Assembly: GCA_963823665.1 (NCBI GenBank)
Contig: CAWGMQ010000010.1
Span: 1,888,001 to 1,952,000 of the forward strand
DNA: 64,000 bases
DNA from: an uncultured Planctomycetota bacterium
Lineage (GTDB): Bacteria > Planctomycetota > Planctomycetia > Isosphaerales > Isosphaeraceae
Reading direction: 5' to 3'
A program made the position numbers and the translations under genes. Within the stretch, counting starts at the first letter, position 1, and each line of letters begins with the position of its first letter. Under the pieces are notes generated by a model. That model searched no databases. It was not told the DNA's origin and worked only from the letters and a program-made list of their open reading frames with translations. Shown in pieces: positions 55,234-64,000 of this stretch.

Positions 55234-55310
55234 TTGTTGTTCTCGGCATCGCTGGCCTAATCCCGAGGCCGCTTCAGGGTGTGTTGCCTCCATCCACTCG
55301 ACCGGCTACT

Positions 55311-56765
55311 TCAGCGACTGGGAGACTCGATCCTGGCGGGCCGGTTCAAACCGCGAGGAGCTCTTGCTTTCCGGAGTCCCTCAATCTTCATGTCAGGGAT
55401 TCTTCCGGCTGCCTGATTCTCCTGGGAGATCTCTTCTGCGAGCGCTGAAGACTCATGTATCAGCCGATCAGGGTTGAGACGGCGGATTTGCTCGACACGA
55501 TCTTCGCCAAGACGGACGACCCAGCGAGCGCGATCCGAGTCGATTGTGCGGCTCAAGTCGGCGATCCCGGCGAGGTAATTCGCCAGCGAGCGGCGCGCCG
55601 ACGCGCGGAGCCGCCAACTGGGATGACCTTCGGACACGCAACGCAGGAGTGTCTCTGTGCCAGCGTGGTATTGAGAGAGCGTAGGGCTATCCACGATCAG
55701 GTGAAAATAGGAACTCCCCGGATTGTCGACGTCCTTCACACGTTCGGCAATCCTCTGGAGTCGCTGCTCGATCTCGCGAACCAATGCCCTCGAATCGACG
55801 GCGTTGAGTCGAGACTTTCCGCCGAAGACGCACGCAGCGGCCAGTTCGGGACCAGCACATTGCTTCGACTCGGGCGGCAAATCCGCCACGGACCGGAGAT
55901 CGGCATCCAGCGATGCGATCTCCATCTGCTGAAGGGCCAGGCCGCACTCCGCCTCCCAACGGATCGCCGACTGAGGATGCGTCTCGGCGATGCGCCGCAA
56001 GATCTGGCCAGCCGTGGAACCAAGGTTCTCGGCCAGTAGTCCAAAATTGTCCGTGATATCCTGTTCAAGAAGGACGCCCGGAAACTCGTCGAGGACCTGT
56101 CTCAGCCGGTGCTCGATCTCCGCAGCCAGGGCGGTGGTCTTGACCTTTCTCTTCTGAATGATGAGCTCTCTCGCCTCGACACCTTCCGGCAGCTTTTGGG
56201 GGAGACTTCCCTGGTTTCGAATTTCGCCCCGGAGCTGCAAACTTCGAGCAAACGCCAAGGCCAGGCACGCCCGTCCGCGAATTCCTGGGTTCGGATTCTC
56301 ATCGAAGATTCGTTTGAGAAGGCCTTCGCCTTCCGGGCCGCGCGCGCCCGGTGCATGGCAAACTGCGGCAATCCGGCCGCTACAGATATACTGATCTGCG
56401 ATCTTCCGGACCGCCTCATCGCCCTCCGGCGTGCGAAACCCATTTCGGACAACCCAGACCAGCGCATCGACAGTCGCCACCTCGTCGATCGTTTTGCTGA
56501 CCAGTACGAGGAATCGCTGTGCGTATTTCCGCCGGTCGGGCATCGCCCGCATGGCCGCCTTCTTCTCCGCATCCGTTTTCGCCTTACGGGCGATGTCGAA
56601 CGCGGATCGTTGAGCGGATTCAAACTCGGCCTCAAGCCGACGAACCGCTTCCGCCGTCTCTGAAGTCTGATGAGAGGCAGTCCGCAGATCGTCGTTCCAG
56701 GCTGGCGACCAGGCTATCCAAAATGTCAGGACTATCACCAAAGAGTCCATTGGCTGACCTCCCAC
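55311..56765 (-). CDS. Secreted alpha-helical repeat protein related to the N-terminal region of the TlpA-like protein at 432-1865
   Basis: Signal-like N-terminus; AEFE..PDRRKYAQRF..DALVWV shared with the first gene; three LLxRIxExHP..IR repeats; no CxxC thioredoxin domain. Confidence 0.75.
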   Translation of the reverse strand: MGGQPMDSLVIVLTFWIAWSPAWNDDLRTASHQTSETAEAVRRLEAEFESAQRSAFDIARKAKTDAEKKAAMRAMPDRRKYAQRFLVLVSKTIDEVATVDALVWVVRNGFRTPEGDEAVRKIADQYICSGRIAAVCHAPGARGPEGEGLLKRIFDENPNPGIRGRACLALAFARSLQLRGEIRNQGSLPQKLPEGVEARELIIQKRKVKTTALAAEIEHRLRQVLDEFPGVLLEQDITDNFGLLAENLGSTAGQILRRIAETHPQSAIRWEAECGLALQQMEIASLDADLRSVADLPPESKQCAGPELAAACVFGGKSRLNAVDSRALVREIEQRLQRIAERVKDVDNPGSSYFHLIVDSPTLSQYHAGTETLLRCVSEGHPSWRLRASARRSLANYLAGIADLSRTIDSDRARWVVRLGEDRVEQIRRLNPDRLIHESSALAEEISQENQAAGRIPDMKIEGLRKARAPRGLNRPARIESPSR

Positions 56766-57289
56766 GACTCAAGCTAATCCAGCCGATTGACTATGGTGAA
56801 TCAGCGTCGCCAAGGGCTCGAACGGCCCGGCAGAACGCGAGGTGCTGCCCGGATTGCTGTGGAGTTGGGTTCTAAGGACGACGTGATCACTCTCACCGGT
56901 GTGATGTTGTGCTTCGACCCGCCGTGCTCCCGCTGCTGCTACCCGGTGTGCGGCTCACGCAGATTGTCGATTCTACGGTCCTCAGCCCGACGCAACGGCG
57001 ACTTCCCCGACGCGCAGAAGCTGCCTCGCGGTCGCGGTCACATGCCGGACCGCTACGGGATCAACCATCGGCGCCGAAGCCCACACAGAATCACTGCGGC
57101 TTGAAGCCTGGACCAGCATCTTCCCCTTCGTTGCCTTCGCTACCTTCTGTTCAAGCTCTTTCGACGCGGGTACGGATGGCCGCGACCGCGCGGCGGCGCT
57201 GCTCCTTGCCCTGAATCAGGCTGATCTCTGCAGATTAGTCGAGCCCTTGGCCCGTTCCTGTGGTCGAGTCAGCGTCCTTCGGCGTCGGA

Positions 57290-57956
57290 ACCACACACGG
57301 CACCGCGTGGCCGGCCAGTTCCCATCCCCGTTAGCGTTGGCCATCGAGTGAGAATCGCCCGCACTCTGAACGCCACCGCCTCGCCCCCTCCGCAACAAGC
57401 CGCGCCAGGTCCCCAAACGTTCGTATGTCCCCGATCGTGACCCGGGACGGCAGCAAAAAGCGAGTACTGATCCAAGCCCCAATCCAATTGACGGCAGCCA
57501 CGCAAACGCCGCCGGCCGGCACTATCGGCGCGAAATAAGCGACCCAGCCATCGCGACCAGCAATCCAAACATCGCCCCCCAGATGCTCAACTCATACACA
57601 GGCCTGCTCACCTTCACGTCCGGAAGTGAGTTCGGAGCCAATTTCGCGATGGGCCCGATGAACACGTCAGGATGTCGCCGCGCGTATGCTTCAATCGGCG
57701 TCGAAGGCGCCACAGCATTCCCATTCACACCCGACTCTCGCAACGTCGAGCGAATCGCCAGGAACGCGCCGGCGGTCAGGCACTTCGAAATTAAGGATAT
57801 TGACCGGTTCGATCGAGGGCATGAATCCCGTCTGCGCGATAAACGAGCAAAGGTCCCGGAGCGTTCGCGACCCGGCCGGTTCCAGTACCGCGCGCCACGC
57901 GCTGTCTGGCAATCCGAGCTTCCATTCAGTGTTGAGTGCCCTCGCGAGCCGTCTCC
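57290..57956. repeat. ~665-bp direct repeat, copy 2
   Basis: Colinear with 53646-54309. Confidence 0.92.
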
Positions 57957-58131
57957 AATCCAGCAGATCGCACCAAAATCGCCATTCCCCGATCGTGGTC
58001 TCAAACGTCAGCTCGAACTGCGGTTCCGCGTCATACTCGATCGAGCAATCCTGCCGATGTTGGTCGCGAAAAACGGCAAGCACTTACTCGGGCGTCGCCG
58101 GCACGTAAGTCAGAGAAAGATCGTATTTCAC
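57331..58131 (-). pseudogene. Full-length but disrupted hypothetical membrane protein gene
   Basis: GTG start at 58131, in-frame TAA at 58084-58086, frameshifts near 57795 and 57525. Confidence 0.75.
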
Positions 58132-58176
58132 GGGAAGGTTACTCTTCGTCACGGCTCAAGCCGAGGGCCCGTTCAA

Positions 58177-58210
58177 TCGTACTCGTACTCGTGCTCGTAC
58201 TCGTACTCGT
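58177..58210. repeat. Tandem hexamer repeat (TCGTAC)n
   Basis: tcgtac tcgtac tcgtgc tcgtac tcgtac tcgt. Confidence 0.85.
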
Positions 58211-58234
58211 CTTTCTTCTCGTTCACCCCGCCCC

Positions 58235-59215
58235 TCACTGCCCCACCCCATCCGCCTTCCTCCCCCGAATCCGCGCATACTCCCTCCAGATCACCCGATC
58301 AACCGTCGGCGTCACGGTCGCCACGTGCCCATCCGCAAACAGCACATTCACCCCCGCCACGTGCCCGCTCGAAGCCCCCATGAGCGCCGACGTTCCAGAC
58401 GCCTCGATGCATGAAGGATGCCCATTCGGCCTGAGCGCGTGATTGTAGAGCGTGGACCGATAATCCGCCGCATTCCACGATGACCCCGCGTCCCCCCGCC
58501 ATCGCGATAGGTCCTCCACCGCCCCACATCCATCCCCTTCGATTCGTCCTTCTACCAGCATATAATTAATCTTCACTGCACTCCCTGACTTGTTGTCCCC
58601 CACCAATCGCTCCGAAAAGACGGCCGTGTAGCTCGTGCCGTCCAGGTCCTGAATCTCCTTCAGGCTCATCGATCGTCCCACCGCAAACGCTCCGTTATCG
58701 CCGGCCGTAGTGTCACCGGTGCACGCGCGGTAGCTGATCGGAGCCACGAACAGCCCCGCCGTCGCGTTGGGATCGCTGGCGCACACCAACCCCCGAACCG
58801 CGGTCTCGCCGGGTACCTCCCCGGGATGCCCTTCCGGTCGCGTCTTCGCGTCCTTGAGAACAAGGAAGTTAGCCTGCTCGAGCGTCTCGAGAATCAACCG
58901 CACCACACTCTTCGGCCGCGCCTCGGCAGCGGAATCCGGCGCCGCCACACCTTCAACCGTCGGCAGCCGTTTCTCCAGAAAATCGTACTGCTCGATCGCA
59001 AATCCAATGTGCGCCAGGTTGTTCTCGCACCCGGCCATTCTGGCGTGTTCGCGCCCGCGCGGCAGGAACATCAAGATGACGAGCACCGCCAGGATGACCA
59101 GCACCAGCACCACGATCACGTCCGCGGCCGTAACCCCGCGCCGCCCGCCCGCACAGAGGCCGGCCGGCCCGCAAGCTCTCCCCACGCGCCGTTCGTGAGA
59201 GATAAGCATGTGCAA
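58235..59215 (-). CDS. DUF1559 domain protein with prepilin-like N-terminus and H-X9-DG motif
   Basis: RRGVTAADVIVVLVLVILAV, REHARMAGCENNL, DGTSYTAVFSE, SSGHVAGVNVLFADGHV. Confidence 0.9.
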   Translation of the reverse strand: MHMLISHERRVGRACGPAGLCAGGRRGVTAADVIVVLVLVILAVLVILMFLPRGREHARMAGCENNLAHIGFAIEQYDFLEKRLPTVEGVAAPDSAAEARPKSVVRLILETLEQANFLVLKDAKTRPEGHPGEVPGETAVRGLVCASDPNATAGLFVAPISYRACTGDTTAGDNGAFAVGRSMSLKEIQDLDGTSYTAVFSERLVGDNKSGSAVKINYMLVEGRIEGDGCGAVEDLSRWRGDAGSSWNAADYRSTLYNHALRPNGHPSCIEASGTSALMGASSGHVAGVNVLFADGHVATVTPTVDRVIWREYARIRGRKADGVGQ

Positions 59216-59227
59216 AACCCACCGTGC

Positions 59228-61462
59228 TTACTCTTTGATTTCGACGAGCGCGTCGCCGGTGCCGATATTCCCCGCCGCGTCGGTGGCCCGCACCATCACC
59301 AGGTGCGCGCCTTTCTTCAGATCGGGAATTCGCAGCGTGATCTTCTCCTCGCCCGAGTCAAACAGCTCGTCGTCGGGGAAGATCGGCGTCCAGGCGCCGC
59401 CGTCGACTGCATAGTCCGCCTTCACCACCCGCGTCAGCTCGTCCTTGAGCACGATCGAAGCACCGGCCCCCTTGGGAGTGACCTTCACGACCGGCGGATC
59501 GTGGTCGACCACGAATGTGAGGCTCTCCCGCTCCCGCGTCAGGGCGTCATCCGCACTGTTGGAGGGACGATCGCTGGCCAGGACCTTCAGGCGATAGACC
59601 CCCGAGGGAAACGCGGTCGTGTCCCAGGCAAATGTCTTCTCCGTGAGCGGCTCGCTATCGAGCCGGATCCATTCCGGCCAGCCTTCCTTGCGCACCGTGA
59701 GCGTGTAGTTCATGTCGTCTTCATTGGGGTCGGTGGCATCCCAGCGGATGGAGAGCCGCGGTTGCTTCGCCGCCCCGTCGCCGCCGCTGGCGTCGGGAAT
59801 GTCGAGCCGTGTGATCTCCGGCGCCAGGTTTGCCGTCCGGAAGCTGAGCGACACTGACCGCAGCTCCGGCGTGTGCTTCGTGTCGGTCGTGGAAAGCTGG
59901 ACGCGATACTGGATAAACCGCCCCGCCGGACAGGCGGTCGAAGCCTTCGCGGGGTCGCTCTGCTCCGCCGACCAGGCTGACCACGTCTCATCCGGCTCGC
60001 CCACGTTGCCCGAGCGAGACTGGAACACAATCGAAGTCCCCGCCGGCCGCTCCGCGCGCCAGCTCAAAACCCCGAAGCGGCTTACCAGCTTGGTGTCGTG
60101 GATCTCCGAGACCAGCGTTCCTTTGGACGCATAGCCCGGCGAAAGCCGGATGACGCTGCCCGGGTCGCCGGTTCCCAGGAGCACCGTTCCGTCCGGCTCG
60201 GTCAAGAGCGAGAGAATCTGTCCGGAATCGAGCTTGGCGATCGGCGCAGTCTCGTGCCCCGCCTCGCGCACCTCGAAGAGCACCCCTTCCGGTCCGGTCC
60301 CGACGATCAGTCGATCGTTGGCCCATGCCAGCGCATGCACCAGTGCTTTGAACCGCAGCACCTCGCGCGGCACTCCGTCGGCATCGAGGCGATAGACGGC
60401 GTTGTCGCCCGCCGTGATCGGCCGCGGCGACGCCGAGCCACCGCCTGGCGGCCGCCCGGGAGTCTTCGGCTGCGCCGGTGCTGAAGGCTGGGCCGTGGCT
60501 TTCTTCACCTGGTTGTCTGCCTCGCCGCCGGTCGGAAAAGATCCGTCCCGGTCCGAGGGCGGTCCATCCAGAAGCTGGGGCGCTCCCGCCCCCTGGGCAA
60601 GAAACATCGAGCTCCGCGAGTTTCCACCGCCAGCCTCGACCGCCGTCCCGGCGTAAAGTGCTCCGTCGCCGCCCCAGAGCAATGTGCGGATCTCCGATTG
60701 AGGGGCGTCAAAGACGATCGTCGCCTTCCCGTCGCGCGTCACCCGGTAGATCAAGCCCTCGCCGTCGCTGCCGGCGTAGATCGACCCATCGGGCCCGACC
60801 GCAAGACACAGCAGATGCGTCGACTTGCTGTCGTAGAGCAGCGACCATTTTCCGTCGCTCGCCCGCTTCCAGAGCTGCCCGTTCGGGCCCGTCGCCGCCA
60901 GCAGGTTGCCCTGCTGATCGCACGCCAGGTCCCAGATGTACTGCACCTTCGCGTCAGGCCGCGAAACTGGATGCTTCGGGTCCGTCAGGTTGATGACCTG
61001 CCCGCCCGGTCCCGTCCCGCAGTACGAAATCCCCTCCGGCGTGACGCAGAGCGACAGCACCTGCGTATCGCCCGGCTTGGAAAAAAGCGCTCGTCCGTGC
61101 GCCGAACAGTCGTAAACAACACTCCAGCTCGCGCCGGCCTTGGGCTCCCGACCCATCACCTTGCCGCCGTCGCCGGTCGCCGCCAGCAAGATGCCTTCGC
61201 GCGTCCGCGCCAGGTCCCAGACCCTTTCGACGCCGATCGATCCCAGCGGAGCCAGCGCATGCCCGAGCCGGATCCGCCCGCTATCAGATACGACCACCCC
61301 TTCACGGTGCGCCTTCGCGAACGCCCCGGGTCCTTCCTGACGCCAGGTTTCCACCTTGGCCACGGCCGACGCCGCGATCAAAACAACCGCCGCCGAGCCG
61401 GCCGCCGCGATCCATTTACGCGGAAATCCGGCTCGCCCAAAAAATCGCGGGCGATGCCACAT
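59228..61462 (-). CDS. Secreted beta-propeller protein with C-terminal Ig/FN3-like domains
   Basis: Signal peptide; repeated blades such as IWDLACDQQGNLLAATG; WDATDPNED and VRATDAAGN. Confidence 0.82.
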   Translation of the reverse strand: MWHRPRFFGRAGFPRKWIAAAGSAAVVLIAASAVAKVETWRQEGPGAFAKAHREGVVVSDSGRIRLGHALAPLGSIGVERVWDLARTREGILLAATGDGGKVMGREPKAGASWSVVYDCSAHGRALFSKPGDTQVLSLCVTPEGISYCGTGPGGQVINLTDPKHPVSRPDAKVQYIWDLACDQQGNLLAATGPNGQLWKRASDGKWSLLYDSKSTHLLCLAVGPDGSIYAGSDGEGLIYRVTRDGKATIVFDAPQSEIRTLLWGGDGALYAGTAVEAGGGNSRSSMFLAQGAGAPQLLDGPPSDRDGSFPTGGEADNQVKKATAQPSAPAQPKTPGRPPGGGSASPRPITAGDNAVYRLDADGVPREVLRFKALVHALAWANDRLIVGTGPEGVLFEVREAGHETAPIAKLDSGQILSLLTEPDGTVLLGTGDPGSVIRLSPGYASKGTLVSEIHDTKLVSRFGVLSWRAERPAGTSIVFQSRSGNVGEPDETWSAWSAEQSDPAKASTACPAGRFIQYRVQLSTTDTKHTPELRSVSLSFRTANLAPEITRLDIPDASGGDGAAKQPRLSIRWDATDPNEDDMNYTLTVRKEGWPEWIRLDSEPLTEKTFAWDTTAFPSGVYRLKVLASDRPSNSADDALTRERESLTFVVDHDPPVVKVTPKGAGASIVLKDELTRVVKADYAVDGGAWTPIFPDDELFDSGEEKITLRIPDLKKGAHLVMVRATDAAGNIGTGDALVEIKE

Positions 61463-61470
61463 GAGAGTTT

Positions 61471-61502
61471 CCCCCCCTTGCAAAGGGGGGGCCAGGGGGG
61501 GT
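61471..61502. repeat. REP-like G/C palindrome in the intergenic gap
   Basis: cccccccttgcaaagggggggccagggggggt. Confidence 0.65.
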
Positions 61503-61518
61503 GAAGGCCGCTGAACGA

Positions 61519-63423
61519 CTACAACGATATCGACAACCCTGCGTCTTTGGCCACGGTAAATCGCAGCGTTTGCATCCCTTCCACGACCCAGCTCACCGGC
61601 AGCACCCCCGTGATGTCGCTCCGGATCGGCGGCATCGGCGTTTCTCGTTTGGATTGAAGCGCCGACCGCACACTGCCCGGCAAGTTCGGCAGGGCCTGGC
61701 CTCTGATCGTCACACCACGCTCGGGCGACGGGATGTGCACATAGATCGACGTCCGCTTGGGGTCGGTCTGCAGCCGGATCGCGCGGATGAGAGCATCGAG
61801 GTCATGGGGATCGAGAATCGCCGGATCGTTGCGGAACTGCCGGCGCGAGCTGTTCATCGCGTCGCAGACCACCAGCTCGCACGGCCCCTCGGGAAAATCT
61901 CGGGGAATCGGAATCTTGATCTCGTGCGTCTCTCGCTCTCCCTTGTGCGGCTTGAGGGTCACGAGCGCCTTCACGTCGTGCCCGGGCTCGACCGTCTCCG
62001 AAGCCAGTCGCACCGATTCAAGAATCGCCGTTCGACGCCCGGGCTCGATCTGCACGTCGCAATCGATCGACTCGATCCGCACCGGCCCAATCGGGTTCCG
62101 CACCAGGATGCTCACAATCGTCGACAGCGGGCTGAACAATAGTGCTGCCCCCATCGGCCCGGTGTATCGCGCCCCGCTGAACGTATCCTGGATCGTGATC
62201 GGATCGGCCCCTTTCAGCCGCACCGTCGCCGTCATCCGCGCCGTCAGCTCTTCGGGCAGATTGCCTTCGGTGTCGATCGCGTTTGTCGTCACGGCCATGA
62301 CGAGCGACGCCAGCATCATCGGCTCCCGTACGACTTTCACGTGATAAGTCTGCGCGTCGGCGTAGCGGCTGGTCTTGACCTTCACCGCCAGCGGCAGCAT
62401 GTCGGGTTCCGGGCCGATCCGCCCGGCCACGCTGGTGCTGACGTCGGTGTCGATCACACCGACAACTTTGAGCGGCGATCCCATCTTCATGCTCACGCTC
62501 GCACGCGGATACACGGTGTGGATGTAGCCGGTCATCATCGGCAGATCGCAGGCACCCAGCGAGAGCATCGGATGCCCGAACCCGTAAACGCGGTTCCCCT
62601 CCACGTGCGTCACGGTGCCGATCGCCGACAGGTCGAAATCACCGGTCACCATCGCGATCGAGAGCGGAGACCCGGGCACGAGCGGCCGGTCTCCCTCCTC
62701 GCGAATGATCCGCTCCTGCGCAGCCCCGCCTGCCATCGGTGCCATCCCCAGCGGCCTCAGCCGCTCCGAGAGGAACGACAGCGCCCGGGCGGAAAAACCC
62801 GACGCGGCCACCGGCGTGACAATAGGCGTCATCCCCGCCAGGCCGCCACCGGAAACGGGCAAGCAAAGCGACGCACCAGGCATATCCGCCCCGCGTGAAT
62901 CCGCCAGCTCTTCCAGCAGCGGAGCCAGCGAAGAGGTGCGCACCGTACCGGCGGCCGGATCCTTCGATTCCGCCGCAGTTCGGCGATCGCTCGAGCGCAC
63001 ATACTGGATCATCTGCGAAAACGGCGTGATCCCGGCGATCGGGTCCTTGGCAAACTCCCACGCGAAGGCAACCGCTCCCAGCAGCTTGCCGTCGATGTAA
63101 ACCGGGCTGCCGCTCATCCCCTGGATGATGCCAGCGTGTTCGAGGTTGCACCCCTTGAGACGACAGAGAACCATGTCGCGCCCCGGGCTCACATCCCGCA
63201 TCACCCCCAGCACCTCGGCCTCGAATTCCTCGAGCTTGGTTCCGCGCATCACCGTCCGGCCCACCCCCTTCATGCCCGGACGGATATCCTTTACGTCCCA
63301 GTAAGTCTTGGGGTCGGGCTCGCCCGCCACGCTCCGCGAGCAGAAGATTCCCCCCATTCCAACCGCAACAACAACAAGGGCGCGGAAAAACACGCTGAAT
63401 TCTCGACCGAAAGTACGTCGCAT
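61519..63423 (-). CDS. SpoIVB (S55) peptidase domain protein
   Basis: IRPGMKGVGRTV, GIIQGMSGSPVYIDGKLLGAV, AIGTVT, YGFGHPM. Confidence 0.9.
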   Translation of the reverse strand: MRRTFGREFSVFFRALVVVAVGMGGIFCSRSVAGEPDPKTYWDVKDIRPGMKGVGRTVMRGTKLEEFEAEVLGVMRDVSPGRDMVLCRLKGCNLEHAGIIQGMSGSPVYIDGKLLGAVAFAWEFAKDPIAGITPFSQMIQYVRSSDRRTAAESKDPAAGTVRTSSLAPLLEELADSRGADMPGASLCLPVSGGGLAGMTPIVTPVAASGFSARALSFLSERLRPLGMAPMAGGAAQERIIREEGDRPLVPGSPLSIAMVTGDFDLSAIGTVTHVEGNRVYGFGHPMLSLGACDLPMMTGYIHTVYPRASVSMKMGSPLKVVGVIDTDVSTSVAGRIGPEPDMLPLAVKVKTSRYADAQTYHVKVVREPMMLASLVMAVTTNAIDTEGNLPEELTARMTATVRLKGADPITIQDTFSGARYTGPMGAALLFSPLSTIVSILVRNPIGPVRIESIDCDVQIEPGRRTAILESVRLASETVEPGHDVKALVTLKPHKGERETHEIKIPIPRDFPEGPCELVVCDAMNSSRRQFRNDPAILDPHDLDALIRAIRLQTDPKRTSIYVHIPSPERGVTIRGQALPNLPGSVRSALQSKRETPMPPIRSDITGVLPVSWVVEGMQTLRFTVAKDAGLSISL

Positions 63424-63758
63424 CGGTTGGTCCGCCTGAAGCAGGTCGAAAGAGTACGCGATGGGGCGCCGCGGATCGACCCGGGGAAGGAATGAGGCGA
63501 CGAGGCCTTTACACAAGTCAACCATCGGCTTGCGCTAGGGCCCGCTCTCGCGGAAAATCTTCACGATCTCCACGAATCACACCGCTATCAACCAATCCTG
63601 ATTCTCAGATCAGTTCCATCCTGGATCGCTCCAACCAATGTTACACAGCAAAGCCGCAAGAAGACAAGTGCTTTGGACTTAGGGATTTTGGAATTTCCGC
63701 CATTTCCGCTACAGTCCGCAGAAGTGGCGGAAATCCGCCGTATCTCTGTCAAAGCGTG

Positions 63759-63905
63759 TCAGTGGCGCGTAGCCATCCCTATTAGGGTAGTAGCCAGGCC
63801 GAACGCTAGCATCGCGTTCAGGATCAGAGAGTACCAAAGGGCAACCTCTTTCCAGTCCCGCCGCCCTTCGGCCATCAGCTCCGCCAGCGTTTTGTGATAT
63901 CGCAT
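63759..63905 (-). CDS. 48-aa small hydrophobic peptide
   Basis: ggag RBS 8 nt before the ATG; MRYHKTLAELMAEGRRDWKEVALWYSLILNAMLAFGLATTLIGMATRH, one TM helix. Confidence 0.5.
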   Translation of the reverse strand: MRYHKTLAELMAEGRRDWKEVALWYSLILNAMLAFGLATTLIGMATRH

Positions 63906-63915
63906 TGTAGATCTC

Positions 63916-63964
63916 CAAAAAGAAAGGGCGTGACCCAACAATAAATTGTTAGGTCACGCCCTTC
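63916..63964 (-). terminator. Intrinsic terminator-like hairpin
   Basis: aagggcgtgacctaacaat/attgttgggtcacgccctt long stem (one G-U pair) followed by ctttttt-like U-tract on the minus strand. Confidence 0.75.
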
Positions 63965-64000
63965 TATCTTGCAGTCCAATTACTTGTATTTGGACATCGC

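Overview
GC-rich bacterial DNA with many planctomycete hallmarks: DUF1559 and DUF1501 genes, an RxRLExLEERRLLS secretion motif, Ser/Thr kinase-TPR genes and several REP-like palindromes. An Isosphaeraceae-like source is an inference. More than 20 apparent frameshifts, spread even over housekeeping genes, suggest indel errors in the assembly, so split ORFs are joined here. Layout: (1) 1-6.7 kb is a mosaic of gene fragments (beheaded ECF-type thioredoxin fusion, beheaded kinase-TPR pseudogene, UmuC tail remnant, aldo/keto reductase fragment). (2) 6.8-11.9 kb holds cobL/cbiET, a PIG-L deacetylase, a PP2C phosphatase and a kinase. (3) 12.4-19.7 kb is the most interesting locus: a ketosynthase-less cluster with a carrier-thioesterase(Cys)-acyltransferase protein, FkbJ/FkbI/FkbH-like extender-unit genes, a GT2 glycosyltransferase and an MBL-fold protein. 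(4) 19.9-32.4 kb has tandem membrane-protein paralogs, Lhr helicase, a metallophosphoesterase, an HExxH protein, msrB, a cyclophilin and a ferredoxin. (5) 32.5-43.9 kb is one ~11.4 kb gene for a giant secreted S8/S53-like protease with Ig-like and beta-helix regions. (6) 44.5-49 kb has DHDPS-like, DHODH-like, HAD and DUF1501 genes. (7) 49-58.2 kb is an accessory region with TA-like genes, an LRR gene, small RFxLR-anchored proteins and a ~665 bp direct repeat. (8) 58.2-64 kb has a SpoIVB-peptidase/beta-propeller/DUF1559 operon, a small peptide ORF and a terminator. I saw no rRNA, tRNA, CRISPR array or intact transposase/integrase. All family assignments come from motif recognition by eye, not database searches.
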